Source: Candidatus Dojkabacteria bacterium HGW-Dojkabacteria-1 (GTDB lineage: Bacteria > Patescibacteriota > Dojkabacteria > SC72). From it: a DNA stretch of 64,000 bases. Positions 8,805 to 18,757 of the stretch are shown here, piece by piece. The stretch spans positions 15,594 through 79,593 of the forward strand of contig PHAO01000001.1 of NCBI GenBank assembly GCA_002840365.1, written 5' to 3'. A program made the position numbers and the translations under genes. The notes under the pieces were generated by a model, which did not search any database, was not told the DNA's origin, and saw only the letters and a list, made by a program, of their open reading frames with translations. Each line of letters opens with the position of its first letter. The first letter of the stretch is position 1.

Positions 8805-10628
8805 TTACTTCTTATGAATATTTATATGTACGAACCCACTCTGAGGTATTCTTAAGTGGCCTGGTGCACGTAGGTTAAATATTGTTTTAAAGTCATTCCC
8901 ACTCATGGTTATAACTCCAGCATTAGTTGTAAATACAACGGAAGTAGAGCTACCATTACTACTGGATACTATAGCAGAGGATACGGAAGTTACTGGTTTT
9001 GCTGCTAAAGATCTTAATTCTGCATGAGTATATGGGTTACCTGTTGAGTGACATGCATCAAATATTGGCACTATCCTACTATCATTTCTATTCTTTGCCA
9101 CCCATACTTGATACGCATTAATTAAATCTGACATTTCTGCCTGGGAAAGCCATGGATTTCTACCACACGTTGAACTTGTCTCGCTATATGTTTGCCTGTA
9201 CCACGCTTTGTAGAACCAAGATACATTAGAGAGTCTGTCCCATGCCCTACTCATCCAATCACCATTTCCAGTGCCATCTGTAGTATCCCAACCTATTTGA
9301 TTACCCCAACCTCCATGAACGGCTGCATACTGCGCAGAGAATACTGCACCTGCAGCATCGGTAAGAACAATACCTCTAGTTGCTTCAACAGCTGTTTTCC
9401 ATGCCCCAGTTTTAGGCGAAGGACCAGCTACCTGACAACTTTCTGTTGTACATATTGCTTTACGACCATTCTGTGTATAGTTAATAGCATATGTTCTTGC
9501 AGCTATTGCCTGGGCTTTTAATACCTCCATAGGCCATGACTCAGGAACTTCTTGAATTCTCAAAAGATAATCATCTTCAAAATTGAGGGTACCATATGTT
9601 GTAGTTGGTATATTGACCATAATATTTTCGATAGCACCACTTACAACAACAGTGCCTGTTCTAAAGACCCTTCCTGGATAGTATGCACCAAGAATTTGCT
9701 GATAGTTTTGTCCTGCATTTGCCCTAGCTCTTGCCCCCCACTGACTCATTCCATTCCTGTGTGTGTAAGCACCAATTGAGAAAACCCCAAAGGAACCAAC
9801 GGGTGCGTTTGCGTTAAATCCCGCTAATGTTGAGTTGTAATCTCCACTAATAGGGACAGAATCAGGATTTACATGTGTACCTCCCTGCCTTACGATTATT
9901 AATTGATATTGTAAATCTGATAGTTCAGCAGAGAGACCATTAATCGTTTTTACGACATTTTTCTTATTAGCCAATTCACTATTCAATTCTTTCTGAAGCT
10001 TGTTTCTCTCAGCTAAAACCAATGCATATGAATCATCTAAATCTTTCTTCTGCTCATCAAGTTCTTTCTTCTCAAGCTCTAGACCTTCTTTCATTTCACT
10101 AAGCGATGTAAACTCCCCATTTATCTTCTCAATATCAGCTCTTAATATTGATATTGCACTCTTTTTAACAAAAAGATTCTGTAAAAGATTGTCTAAATTA
10201 CTAAAGGAAAATATTAGCTGTGCACTATCATGCCTTGATTGCATATATAACTCTGTAGAAACCATATCAAAAAGTTCCTTTTTAACATTTAGTAACTCCT
10301 GTTTTTCATCTATTAGTTTTAATTTCTCTTCAATAGCTACATTTTTAACATCAATCTCTTGTTGTAATTTGGTTATTTCAGCATTCAAAAGATTAACCTT
10401 TTCACTTAGAGTGTAATTACTCCCACTTATCTCAGCTATTCTTTTCTCGATATTAGAAAGAGAAGATTTGTTTTTGTTCAATTCTTCTGTCTTCTTGTTT
10501 ATCTCATTCTCTAACTCCTCTATCGTATTCGAATATACAGGAGAAGACCAAGAAAGCACGAACAGTGCTACAAAAGATGAAAGGAGGGAAAGTATTAAAA
10601 ATTGTTGAGCAGATCTATACCTGGACAT
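8805..10628 (-). CDS. Secreted coiled-coil SpoIID/LytB-domain peptidoglycan hydrolase
   Basis: Signal/TM, about 200 aa of coiled coil, HRNGMSQWGA and EVPESWPMEVLKAQAIAARTYA. Start set at ATG 10628 after TGGTATAAT. Confidence 0.85.
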   Translation of the reverse strand: MSRYRSAQQFLILSLLSSFVALFVLSWSSPVYSNTIEELENEINKKTEELNKNKSSLSNIEKRIAEISGSNYTLSEKVNLLNAEITKLQQEIDVKNVAIEEKLKLIDEKQELLNVKKELFDMVSTELYMQSRHDSAQLIFSFSNLDNLLQNLFVKKSAISILRADIEKINGEFTSLSEMKEGLELEKKELDEQKKDLDDSYALVLAERNKLQKELNSELANKKNVVKTINGLSAELSDLQYQLIIVRQGGTHVNPDSVPISGDYNSTLAGFNANAPVGSFGVFSIGAYTHRNGMSQWGARARANAGQNYQQILGAYYPGRVFRTGTVVVSGAIENIMVNIPTTTYGTLNFEDDYLLRIQEVPESWPMEVLKAQAIAARTYAINYTQNGRKAICTTESCQVAGPSPKTGAWKTAVEATRGIVLTDAAGAVFSAQYAAVHGGWGNQIGWDTTDGTGNGDWMSRAWDRLSNVSWFYKAWYRQTYSETSSTCGRNPWLSQAEMSDLINAYQVWVAKNRNDSRIVPIFDACHSTGNPYTHAELRSLAAKPVTSVSSAIVSSSNGSSTSVVFTTNAGVITMSGNDFKTIFNLRAPGHLRIPQSGFVHINIHKK

Positions 10629-10664
10629 TAAAGAAATTATACCATGAACACACAAAAGGCAAAG

Positions 10665-10982
10665 TTAGGCTCCGACAAACTCAAGAATTGCTACAAGTAT
10701 TGCTCTAATTAGAAAAAGAAATACCAACCCTATTACTGCCCATGTTAGAGTTCCTTGTGCTTGCTGTTTCTTTGCAGGATCTCCACCGGAGATAATCCAC
10801 ATGTATCCACCATAGATTAGCATTGCGACTGCAATTAGAGCACCAATAGGCATAATTAAATCAAAAAGATTTTCAATAGGTCCAAATATCTCCTCTATTC
10901 TTGGAGGAGCAGCATTTGAATATTGAGCATGTACAGGAGAGACAAAAAGCTTACTAATTCCTAATACTATACTTTCTATCAC
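10665..10982 (-). CDS. VirB2/TrbC-like pilin
   Basis: Two TMs around GGYMWIISGGDPAKKQQAQGTLTWAVIGL; VHA|Q signal-like site. Confidence 0.85.
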   Translation of the reverse strand: MIESIVLGISKLFVSPVHAQYSNAAPPRIEEIFGPIENLFDLIMPIGALIAVAMLIYGGYMWIISGGDPAKKQQAQGTLTWAVIGLVFLFLIRAILVAILEFVGA

Positions 10983-10984
10983 AG

Positions 10985-11260
10985 TTATATTCCCAAAAAA
11001 TTATCTAATATGAATTGTATAACAGATGGTGCTAAAAATACCAGTATCATTCCTAAGAGAGAAAATATCAATGACCTGTTTGCTGCAGCAATCTTTTTTT
11101 CATCACCCATAGACACTATATACTGAAAACCAGCTACAACAATCATAATGACAGCAAAAAGAGCTGCAAAATTAATTGCCCAGTTAAGAAGCTCAACAAT
11201 GAAGCCTGCTAAATCTGTATGTGTTACTGTCTCAATTTTAGTTATATCTATCACTTCCAT
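10985..11260 (-). CDS. VirB2/TrbC-like pilin
   Basis: AGFQYIVSMGDEKKIAAANRSLIFSLLG hairpin motif. Confidence 0.85.
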   Translation of the reverse strand: MEVIDITKIETVTHTDLAGFIVELLNWAINFAALFAVIMIVVAGFQYIVSMGDEKKIAAANRSLIFSLLGMILVFLAPSVIQFILDNFLGI

Positions 11261-11267
11261 AGTTAAT

Positions 11268-11298
11268 AAAAAAAGAAGGCCCCAAAAGGGGCCTTTTT
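11268..11298 (-). terminator. Intrinsic terminator after the pilin at 11312-11671
   Basis: Stem AAGGCCCC-aaaa-GGGGCCTT flanked by A and T runs. Confidence 0.8.
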
Positions 11299-11311
11299 CA
11301 AATTCTAAGAA

Positions 11312-11671
11312 TTACTTCAAAATGTTTGTTAATACAAACTGAACAAGCATTACTGCAATAAAACATACAACTAGACCTACAATTGCGAATGTCAATGTTT
11401 TTGTTGCTTTCTCTACTTTTCCTTCATCTCCACTAGCTGAAATGTACATGTATCCAGAGTAGATTAACATACCTACTGCTGCTAATGCTGCCAAACCGAT
11501 TGCCCAGTTAAGCATTGTGATAATCCATGAGTCGAGTGTAGACCCTACCCCATCTATACCACCCAACCAATCAGAGGCTCTCTTTTGTGCAAAAGCTTCT
11601 GTTAAAAGGCCTGAGAATGCAACATATGTTGCAACAACACCACTTGATATCTTTGCTAAAGTATTCTTCAT
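11312..11671 (-). CDS. VirB2/TrbC-like pilin with leader; candidate major pilin
   Basis: AFA|Q signal-like site; SGYMYISASGDEGKVEKATKTLTFAIVGL; own upstream TATAAT and downstream terminator. Confidence 0.85.
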   Translation of the reverse strand: MKNTLAKISSGVVATYVAFSGLLTEAFAQKRASDWLGGIDGVGSTLDSWIITMLNWAIGLAALAAVGMLIYSGYMYISASGDEGKVEKATKTLTFAIVGLVVCFIAVMLVQFVLTNILK

Positions 11672-11738
11672 TTTGTATTTATATAATATTATATTTAGCT
11701 ACCAGATTATATTATAGCTAGAGCACAAATTGCAACAC

Positions 11739-12080
11739 CTAGCTTAGAATATTATCCAAAAGAAATAGTACGATCGTTCTTGCTAAAAAAACTATTACCA
11801 AGCCAACGACTGCTGCTGTTAGTGCACCACTACCCTTTTGTATCTTCTCTGGATCACCACTTGCTGTGATAAACAAAAAGCCAGCATAAACAATCATAGC
11901 AACCGCAACTAGCGCAGATAAACCTACCAATGCATTTAAACCAAAAATTACAATATCCATAAATCCCTCGAAAGTTGTAAATCCATCTTTAACGACTGGA
12001 GCATTGAAGGTATATCCACCAATAGTAATTCCTAAAGGTATTACGTTTTTCTTTCTATCTTCCACCGATATTAATACCAA
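11739..12080 (-). CDS. VirB2/TrbC-like pilin (start uncertain)
   Basis: AGFLFITASGDPEKIQKGSGALTAAVVGL. Confidence 0.8.
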   Translation of the reverse strand: MVLISVEDRKKNVIPLGITIGGYTFNAPVVKDGFTTFEGFMDIVIFGLNALVGLSALVAVAMIVYAGFLFITASGDPEKIQKGSGALTAAVVGLVIVFLARTIVLFLLDNILS

Positions 12081-12387
12081 ACAAATTACTTATTAAAAGC
12101 AATATAGCTACAGACATAAGAATAAATAGAAAACCTATTATTGCATTTGTGATAACCTCTTTTCCCTGCTTAAGCTTATCCGGGTCTCCCTGGCTTGTCA
12201 TAAGCTGATACGCTGCAAAAGCAAGTAATGCAAATACAGAAAATACTGCCAATGGGATAGCTAAAGATATTACTGAATCCATAAAACTACCGACATCAGA
12301 TGATTCTGAAAGGTTATTTACTTCTTTTAATGCATCACTAAGTGAGTTCGCGTATATTTTTGTACTGTTAATCATAAACACTCGCAT
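12055..12387 (-). CDS. VirB2/TrbC-like pilin
   Basis: AAYQLMTSQGDPDKLKQGKEVITNAIIGF. Confidence 0.85.
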   Translation of the reverse strand: MRVFMINSTKIYANSLSDALKEVNNLSESSDVGSFMDSVISLAIPLAVFSVFALLAFAAYQLMTSQGDPDKLKQGKEVITNAIIGFLFILMSVAILLLISNLFGINIGGR

Positions 12388-12419
12388 TATACTAAAAAAA
12401 TGATATATAGAAAACTAGG

Positions 12420-15400
12420 TTATAAAATAGCATCTTTACATATGTGCCTGTAATCACAATATTTACATTTAAACATATCTGGAGTAGCTTCAAAATCCTT
12501 TTCTTTAATACTATTAATTACTTCATATACATTTTCTGAGGCTCTTTCCTTTCTTTTTTCAGAAATATCTACCTCAATTTCACTACCATGCTCTACGAAT
12601 ACATACTTAGCGCTTACTACTTTTACTCCAAGACTTTGTTCTGCAAATATTGCATACAGAGGTAGTTGCAAATCCTTCTTTATATCAGTTTTACTCTTTT
12701 CTTTACCTGTTTTGTAATCAATTATCTCAACATGGGCAACCCCATTAACAGTATCTACCAAATCCATCCTATCTATCTTTCCTACAAATGAACTGTCCTT
12801 GAGATTAACTGTAAATGATTCCTCTAATCTGTATGGTACCTGTTTCTTTTTATAAACTTTCTTGTAAAACTCCTTCATCATTTTTTCTCCACTCTCTTTT
12901 CTTTTTTCTTCGTGACTCTTACTTTCATAACCAAAAGATACCCAATGCTTGTTAAACAGGGTTACCAAATCTTCCTCAGTTGGCAAATCTGACAATCCAA
13001 GACCTTCCTTTGCAATCCTAATCATATTGTAAAAATCTCTTAAAGCATTATGTACCGTTGTACCGAAAGATAAAGAAGCACTAGGTTTAGAAGGGAGTTG
13101 TAATACATACGCATACTCATACTTTTTTGGACACTCCTGGTATATATTTATCTGAGAGTAACTAACTCTTTTACCTACAGATAATTTCATATCCCTAGGT
13201 AGAATACTATCTTCTTTTGCTTCATACATACTTCCAACTTTATCATTTTTTTGAACCTTTGGATTATTAAATTCTTCAGAAATATCTCTATCAAGTAATT
13301 CATAAAGGAAGAGGCTACCCTTTTTCTTCCTTTTAGCACCTCCATAGAAGTTCGCAGCTGTTAAGAATAGCTTCTCTTTTGCACGAGTAGAACCGACATA
13401 GAAAAGTCTTCTTTCCTCTTGTAGATGTTCTTCTTTTTCATCTAATCCGGATAGTGATTCTTGTATAAGGCCATCTGGTATTGGAATAGTATCTCTCCTA
13501 GTTTGTGATGGGAACCTATCTGAAACAAGGTTAACAAGGAATACGCAAGGAAATTCTAATCCCTTTGCACTGTGAACAGTCAATATATTAACAGCATCAT
13601 AATCAGACATTTCCATTTGATCTACAAGCGGTGACTCCCCTATCTCTATACTGTAATTAAGATAGTCTACATATTCATATATGTTTGAATCTGCATTGTT
13701 TTTTTCATATTCTTGTAGATAATTAAAGAATTTCGAAATATTGGTAACTTTAAATTGTGTTTGTTGCGAATCCTCCTCTAAAAGACTATCTATATATCCA
13801 CTCTCTTTTGCGAAGTCATATAAAATTTCTCCCGTACTTTTACCCTCTTTTATTTTCTTAAAGCTATCATTTAATATCGTCAAAAGGAGAGATAAGCCTG
13901 CCCTTGCATTTTCAGAAAGTATTTTATTAAGGATATTACTTGAATTTATATCAATAGATTCAGAATCAACCTCTCCTAATCTAATCTCTAGCAAATTTTC
14001 TACTTCCTCTAATACACAAACCCTATTCTCTCTAGCTAACCTATTTATCTCTATAAACTCTCTTGCAGAGATATTCCATATTGGGAGTGTAAGCAGTTTG
14101 TAAACAGAGATTTCATCCTTGTAGTCTACAAGAACTTTTAAAAAAGCAATTAAGAATTTAATCTCATCTCTTGAGTATAATCCTCTTGAACCACCAACTT
14201 TATATGGTATACCAACATATCTAAGATTTTTGATTATTGTATCTGCATGAGCATTAGCTCTTACTAAAATTGCAATATCTGAAAATTTATATTTTCTATC
14301 AGGTATTAACTCTACAAAGCTAGCCTGCCCTTCCTTGTCAAATTTCTGAACCCTATCTGAAACATTTCCCTCACCATACCCTGTTAGTTCTAAGATTTCC
14401 TTTGCTACCCACTCTGCCTCACTATCCTCATCTTGTGCTACAACCAAAGATACAACATCATCATCTTCTTCAAATGCGATTTTAGATATTAATCTCTTCT
14501 CTATCTTTTCGGTTACTTCTAATCTATATGGATTGTTGTGTGATATTAAAGAATATGAAGCATCTAATATCTCTTGACGAGAACGATAGTTTTCGGTTAA
14601 TACAACCTCTTTAGCCTTAGGATATAGCTGTTTAAATTGTAGAATATTTGAAATAGCTGCTCCTCTGAATTTGTATATTGCTTGATCATCATCCCCTACT
14701 ACAGTTAAATTAGGATTTATCTTTCCTATCTTTTCTGTATCATTTTTAGGGTCTAACCCACAAAGTATATTAACAAGTACATTTTGTGTATGATTTGTAT
14801 CTTGGAATTCATCAACTAGTATGTATTTAAATCTTTCCTTATACTTCTTAAGAACATTTGGTTTCTCTCTAAAAAGACGTATGGTAAGAATTATTAAATC
14901 TCCGAAATCTATCTTAGAATTCTCTATCTTTAATTTTGTATATTCATCGTATACAGTAGCTAATTCTAAAATGTCAGCATATTCCTCTTTTTGTTCCTTT
15001 GTTCTTTTAGGAAGTTTCTTTGCAAAAGAAATATAGTCTGTGGGAGAGACATCTTCATCTTGTAATCTAGAGAAGTGTTTAAGGATATCATCAATGAATT
15101 TTGTAGGGTTACCATGAGGTCTAAATTTGTTGAGTGAGAATTTAAAAAGATTCTTTCTAAAGAATATATAGCTTTGAGCAGAAGACATCATAGAGTAGTT
15201 TGTATCTAACCCTATATATTGTCCCTCCTGTCTTAATATTCGATCACAAAAAGAATGAAAAGTTGATATCCATATATCTCCATAGCTTAAAGGAAGATTC
15301 TCATCTACTCTGCTGAGCATTTCTTCCGCTGCTTTGTCTGTGAAAGTTAGGGCAAGTATTTCGTTTGGTTTTGCCCACTTGCTATTTATTATATGCAATA

Positions 15401-15512
15401 TTCTTTGTGTAATTACTGCAGTTTTTCCAGTTCCCGCACCAGCAATTATTAAAAGTGAACCTCTCTTGTGTTGTACTGCAATTTTTTGTTTCTCATTCAG
15501 ATTTATATTCAT
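12420..15512 (-). CDS. UvrD/PcrA-type helicase fused to a C-terminal PD-(D/E)xK RecB-like nuclease
   Basis: AGAGTGKT, LVDEFQD, VGDDDQAIY, ENYRS, TVHSAKGLEF, EERRLFYV; nuclease GKIDRMD...IIDYKTG...QLPLY; Cys in ECPKK and CKYCDYRHIC. Confidence 0.92.
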   Translation of the reverse strand: MNINLNEKQKIAVQHKRGSLLIIAGAGTGKTAVITQRILHIINSKWAKPNEILALTFTDKAAEEMLSRVDENLPLSYGDIWISTFHSFCDRILRQEGQYIGLDTNYSMMSSAQSYIFFRKNLFKFSLNKFRPHGNPTKFIDDILKHFSRLQDEDVSPTDYISFAKKLPKRTKEQKEEYADILELATVYDEYTKLKIENSKIDFGDLIILTIRLFREKPNVLKKYKERFKYILVDEFQDTNHTQNVLVNILCGLDPKNDTEKIGKINPNLTVVGDDDQAIYKFRGAAISNILQFKQLYPKAKEVVLTENYRSRQEILDASYSLISHNNPYRLEVTEKIEKRLISKIAFEEDDDVVSLVVAQDEDSEAEWVAKEILELTGYGEGNVSDRVQKFDKEGQASFVELIPDRKYKFSDIAILVRANAHADTIIKNLRYVGIPYKVGGSRGLYSRDEIKFLIAFLKVLVDYKDEISVYKLLTLPIWNISAREFIEINRLARENRVCVLEEVENLLEIRLGEVDSESIDINSSNILNKILSENARAGLSLLLTILNDSFKKIKEGKSTGEILYDFAKESGYIDSLLEEDSQQTQFKVTNISKFFNYLQEYEKNNADSNIYEYVDYLNYSIEIGESPLVDQMEMSDYDAVNILTVHSAKGLEFPCVFLVNLVSDRFPSQTRRDTIPIPDGLIQESLSGLDEKEEHLQEERRLFYVGSTRAKEKLFLTAANFYGGAKRKKKGSLFLYELLDRDISEEFNNPKVQKNDKVGSMYEAKEDSILPRDMKLSVGKRVSYSQINIYQECPKKYEYAYVLQLPSKPSASLSFGTTVHNALRDFYNMIRIAKEGLGLSDLPTEEDLVTLFNKHWVSFGYESKSHEEKRKESGEKMMKEFYKKVYKKKQVPYRLEESFTVNLKDSSFVGKIDRMDLVDTVNGVAHVEIIDYKTGKEKSKTDIKKDLQLPLYAIFAEQSLGVKVVSAKYVFVEHGSEIEVDISEKRKERASENVYEVINSIKEKDFEATPDMFKCKYCDYRHICKDAIL

Positions 15513-16381
15513 TGCTTAGCAAGTTCTTTTAATTTTTCTATTTCCTCACTCATTGTTGATGCACTCTTTAAAGCTGGTGTTTCAAGTATGAATGGGATAT
15601 TAGTAAACTCTTTTCTGTGGAGAATTTTTCGAATAGTATCACTACCTAATTTCCCATCTCCCAAATTTGCATGCCTGTCTTTGTTAGAACCATGAAGCAT
15701 CATAGAGTCGTTTAGATGAATAGCCTTTACCCTCTCAAAAGTTAGTGTCTCACCTATTTCCTCTACAATACTATCCATATCATTGTTCCAATCATATCCT
15801 GCAGCATATGTATGCTGAGTATCTAATACAAACCCAACTCTCTCTCTCCCTTTGGAACCATCTCTCATTTGAAAAAGCTCTGTAAAACTTCTACCCATAT
15901 TTCCACCAGTTCCTGCTGTAGATTCGATAAGTAACCACTGTTTTCCTCCCACTTCATCTAATACCCAATCAATACCGTAAGAGATTCTTTCCAGGCTGTC
16001 TTCATAATTGAGCTCCTTTTGAGAACCTGGGTGAAAACAAACTCCCAATATTTCTACATCCAAACCTTCCTTCTCTATTAATTCCCCCACTCTATTTGCA
16101 AAATCTAAGTATACTGCTAATCCCATTTTTCCTAGATGAAATAGCTGCTTATCTTTTCTAGCAAGATTTGTAAGATATATTCCATGTATTAAAATCTTTT
16201 TTACGATACTACCTTTCAGTGTTTTCACAAACATATTAATATCTTCCTCGGATATCTTCTTGGTTACCCATCTCATAGGGGCAGTAGGCATCATTTGAAT
16301 ACTGTTTATCTGATACTTATCACCCTCTTTTATTGCATTTTCAATTCCCCCACTTGAGGATACGTGTGCTCCTAGATACAT
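15509..16381 (-). CDS. nfo: Endonuclease IV
   Basis: LGAHVS, HGIYLTNLA, FHPGS, DTQH, HLNDS...DRHANLG, ILETP; stop overlaps the helicase start. Confidence 0.93.
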   Translation of the reverse strand: MYLGAHVSSSGGIENAIKEGDKYQINSIQMMPTAPMRWVTKKISEEDINMFVKTLKGSIVKKILIHGIYLTNLARKDKQLFHLGKMGLAVYLDFANRVGELIEKEGLDVEILGVCFHPGSQKELNYEDSLERISYGIDWVLDEVGGKQWLLIESTAGTGGNMGRSFTELFQMRDGSKGRERVGFVLDTQHTYAAGYDWNNDMDSIVEEIGETLTFERVKAIHLNDSMMLHGSNKDRHANLGDGKLGSDTIRKILHRKEFTNIPFILETPALKSASTMSEEIEKLKELAKQ

Positions 16382-16446
16382 AGTATATTGTACCCAAAAA
16401 GTTAGTATATATACATATACTTTGTGATATAATCTTGCTGTTATAT

Positions 16447-16538
<92 letters not shown>

Positions 16539-16557
16539 GAATGGTATAATGTCTGTT

Positions 16558-16803
16558 ATGAACAAGAAGCCCCAATTACCCCACAAAATTACTAAAGACA
16601 TTTCTTTCGCTTTATCTTTAAATCCCAAAACTAAAGACCTTTGGGATAGTATCACTCCCCTAGCTCGTAATGAATTCATTTGTTGGATTACATCCGCGAA
16701 AAAAGACGAAACTAGAAAAAAGAGAATTAGAAGATTGTGTGAAGAATTGTTAGAAGGAAAAAGAAGACCATGCTGTTGGCCAGGCTGTCCTCATAGGAAG
16801 TAA
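16558..16803 (+). CDS. YdeI/OmpD-associated family protein
   Basis: WDSITPLARNEFICWITSAKKDETRKKRI...RRPCCWPGCPHR. Start at ATG 16558, 7 nt after TGGTATAAT. Confidence 0.8.
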   Translation: MNKKPQLPHKITKDISFALSLNPKTKDLWDSITPLARNEFICWITSAKKDETRKKRIRRLCEELLEGKRRPCCWPGCPHRK

Positions 16804-16840
16804 TATCCGCAGATATCTAACCTTTTGGCTTACTAGAGAT

Positions 16841-18757
16841 TTGAAATTACTAAAATACAAGAAAATTAAATTTTTCCTACTCTCAACTATTGGTATACTA
16901 ATACTTCCTTTTCTTTTGCTCTTTGCAATAACAGAGTACAACATATACAAATACCCCGCAGAAATAAATCCTTCTGAAGAATTTTGTATTGAGGGATATT
17001 TTCTCTTTCCCAAATTTTACCGTATAGATTCTTCTTTACCTGCAGAAATAGAGATTAACAAAGATGTAAAAATCTTTGAAAAATACAGAATACTAGCAAG
17101 AGAGATATGCCTTCTTCCAACAGAGATACTTGGAGAATCCAATACATATACAATCAGCTTCACATATCTTTCAAATCCTCCGTTGGACATATTTCAAAAA
17201 CAAATAGAAGTAACTACACATGAATATCCAAAGATTGAAGAAATTCAGATTGAAGAAAATGTAAATATAGATCAAGTACTAGAATATGAATTAACATATG
17301 AAAGCTCTTTACTTGAATATTATATATTCTCAGATGAAAAGAGCGTTCAGTGTGAAAAAGAAAGTCTCCTACTCAAATGTAGTATTGGGGAGCTAAATCT
17401 AAACTACGAAGACACTTATGAATTACAACTTGTAAGCATATATGAAGGAAAAGTAGTGAAAATCCTAGATACAAGAATTGTAAATACCCTCTCCTCTCTA
17501 AAGATTGAAAGCTCAAACATTCCATCTAATGGCATATTTCAATCTACTAGCATACAAGAGTTACAACTCTCTCTTAACAAAGAAATTGAGAGTTCCTTTA
17601 GAACAGAAATAACGGATGAAAGTGGGAATGAAATAAGTCATACATCTTCTTTGAATACTAATACCCTCTCTATTTCCCCATCTCAACAATTTCTACAGAA
17701 TACAAAATATTTTTTGAGAATATATGAAATAAAAGCATTAGATGGAAGTCGTCCGGAAGGGGGAGAATTTTTGATTGAATTCTCTATCGATGATGGGCCT
17801 AGTATAAAAAGTACAAACTTAAAAACAGGTTTTAGTAGTACAGGCGATATCGTACTCACCTTCAACCAGGATATAAGTGGTTCACAGGATATAAAGAGAT
17901 ATATTAAATTAAACTCTAGTACTGATTACAATTTCAGTATTAAGGGAAAACAAGTCACACTTAAACCGAATGCAAACTTAATTACATGTGCTAATCAAAG
18001 AGTTGATATTTCAAAAGGAATCATCAGTACAACAGGACTAATCTCCTCGAAAGGCTCTAGTTATACATTCAAAACTAAGTGTGAAAGAGTTGCTAGAATT
18101 GGGACTTCAGTACAAGGTAGAGGAATATTTGCTTCATATTTTGGTAACGGAAGTAAGAAGATCTTACTCTTTGGAGCAATGCACGGCTCAGAAGCAAATA
18201 CCAGAACTACTATGTCAAAGTTAATCGCAGAATTAGAAGTAAACAGCTCTAGAATACCAGAAGATAAGACCGTAATTGTGGTTACAACTTTCAATCCAGA
18301 TGGTATTGCTAATAGAAGTAGATTTAATGCAAATGGGGTTGATTTAAATAGGAACTTTAATTCTTCTAATTGGACACAGGGAACATATTTTAAGGAAAAT
18401 TTCTATCCAACAGGGGGCGGGCAATATCCTTTCTCTGAGCCAGAAAGTATTGCAATCAGAGATTTAGTTATCAGAGAAAATCCATATATCTCAATCTCTT
18501 TTCACTCAGCAGCAGCATATGTAGTACCCTCTAACACATCAAGAAGTGTTGAACTTGGCATACTCTATGCACAGCTCTCAGGTTATAAATATATTGCCCC
18601 TGGTACACAAGGGGCTTTTACATATGATATTACAGGAACATTTGAAGGTTGGGCTGGGCAGAATGGTTACAATGCAATGGTTATTGAATTAGCAAGTGCG
18701 TACAATGATGAGTTCAGTAGAAACAGAAATGCTATTTGGAAAATGATAGAGCAATAA
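16841..18757 (+). CDS. Membrane-anchored M14 zinc carboxypeptidase (MpaA-like) with Ig-like stalk
   Basis: N-terminal TM; beta-rich Ig-like repeats; GAMHGSE (HxxE), NANGVDLNRNF, SEPES, ISFHS, IEL. Confidence 0.85.
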   Translation: MKLLKYKKIKFFLLSTIGILILPFLLLFAITEYNIYKYPAEINPSEEFCIEGYFLFPKFYRIDSSLPAEIEINKDVKIFEKYRILAREICLLPTEILGESNTYTISFTYLSNPPLDIFQKQIEVTTHEYPKIEEIQIEENVNIDQVLEYELTYESSLLEYYIFSDEKSVQCEKESLLLKCSIGELNLNYEDTYELQLVSIYEGKVVKILDTRIVNTLSSLKIESSNIPSNGIFQSTSIQELQLSLNKEIESSFRTEITDESGNEISHTSSLNTNTLSISPSQQFLQNTKYFLRIYEIKALDGSRPEGGEFLIEFSIDDGPSIKSTNLKTGFSSTGDIVLTFNQDISGSQDIKRYIKLNSSTDYNFSIKGKQVTLKPNANLITCANQRVDISKGIISTTGLISSKGSSYTFKTKCERVARIGTSVQGRGIFASYFGNGSKKILLFGAMHGSEANTRTTMSKLIAELEVNSSRIPEDKTVIVVTTFNPDGIANRSRFNANGVDLNRNFNSSNWTQGTYFKENFYPTGGGQYPFSEPESIAIRDLVIRENPYISISFHSAAAYVVPSNTSRSVELGILYAQLSGYKYIAPGTQGAFTYDITGTFEGWAGQNGYNAMVIELASAYNDEFSRNRNAIWKMIEQ

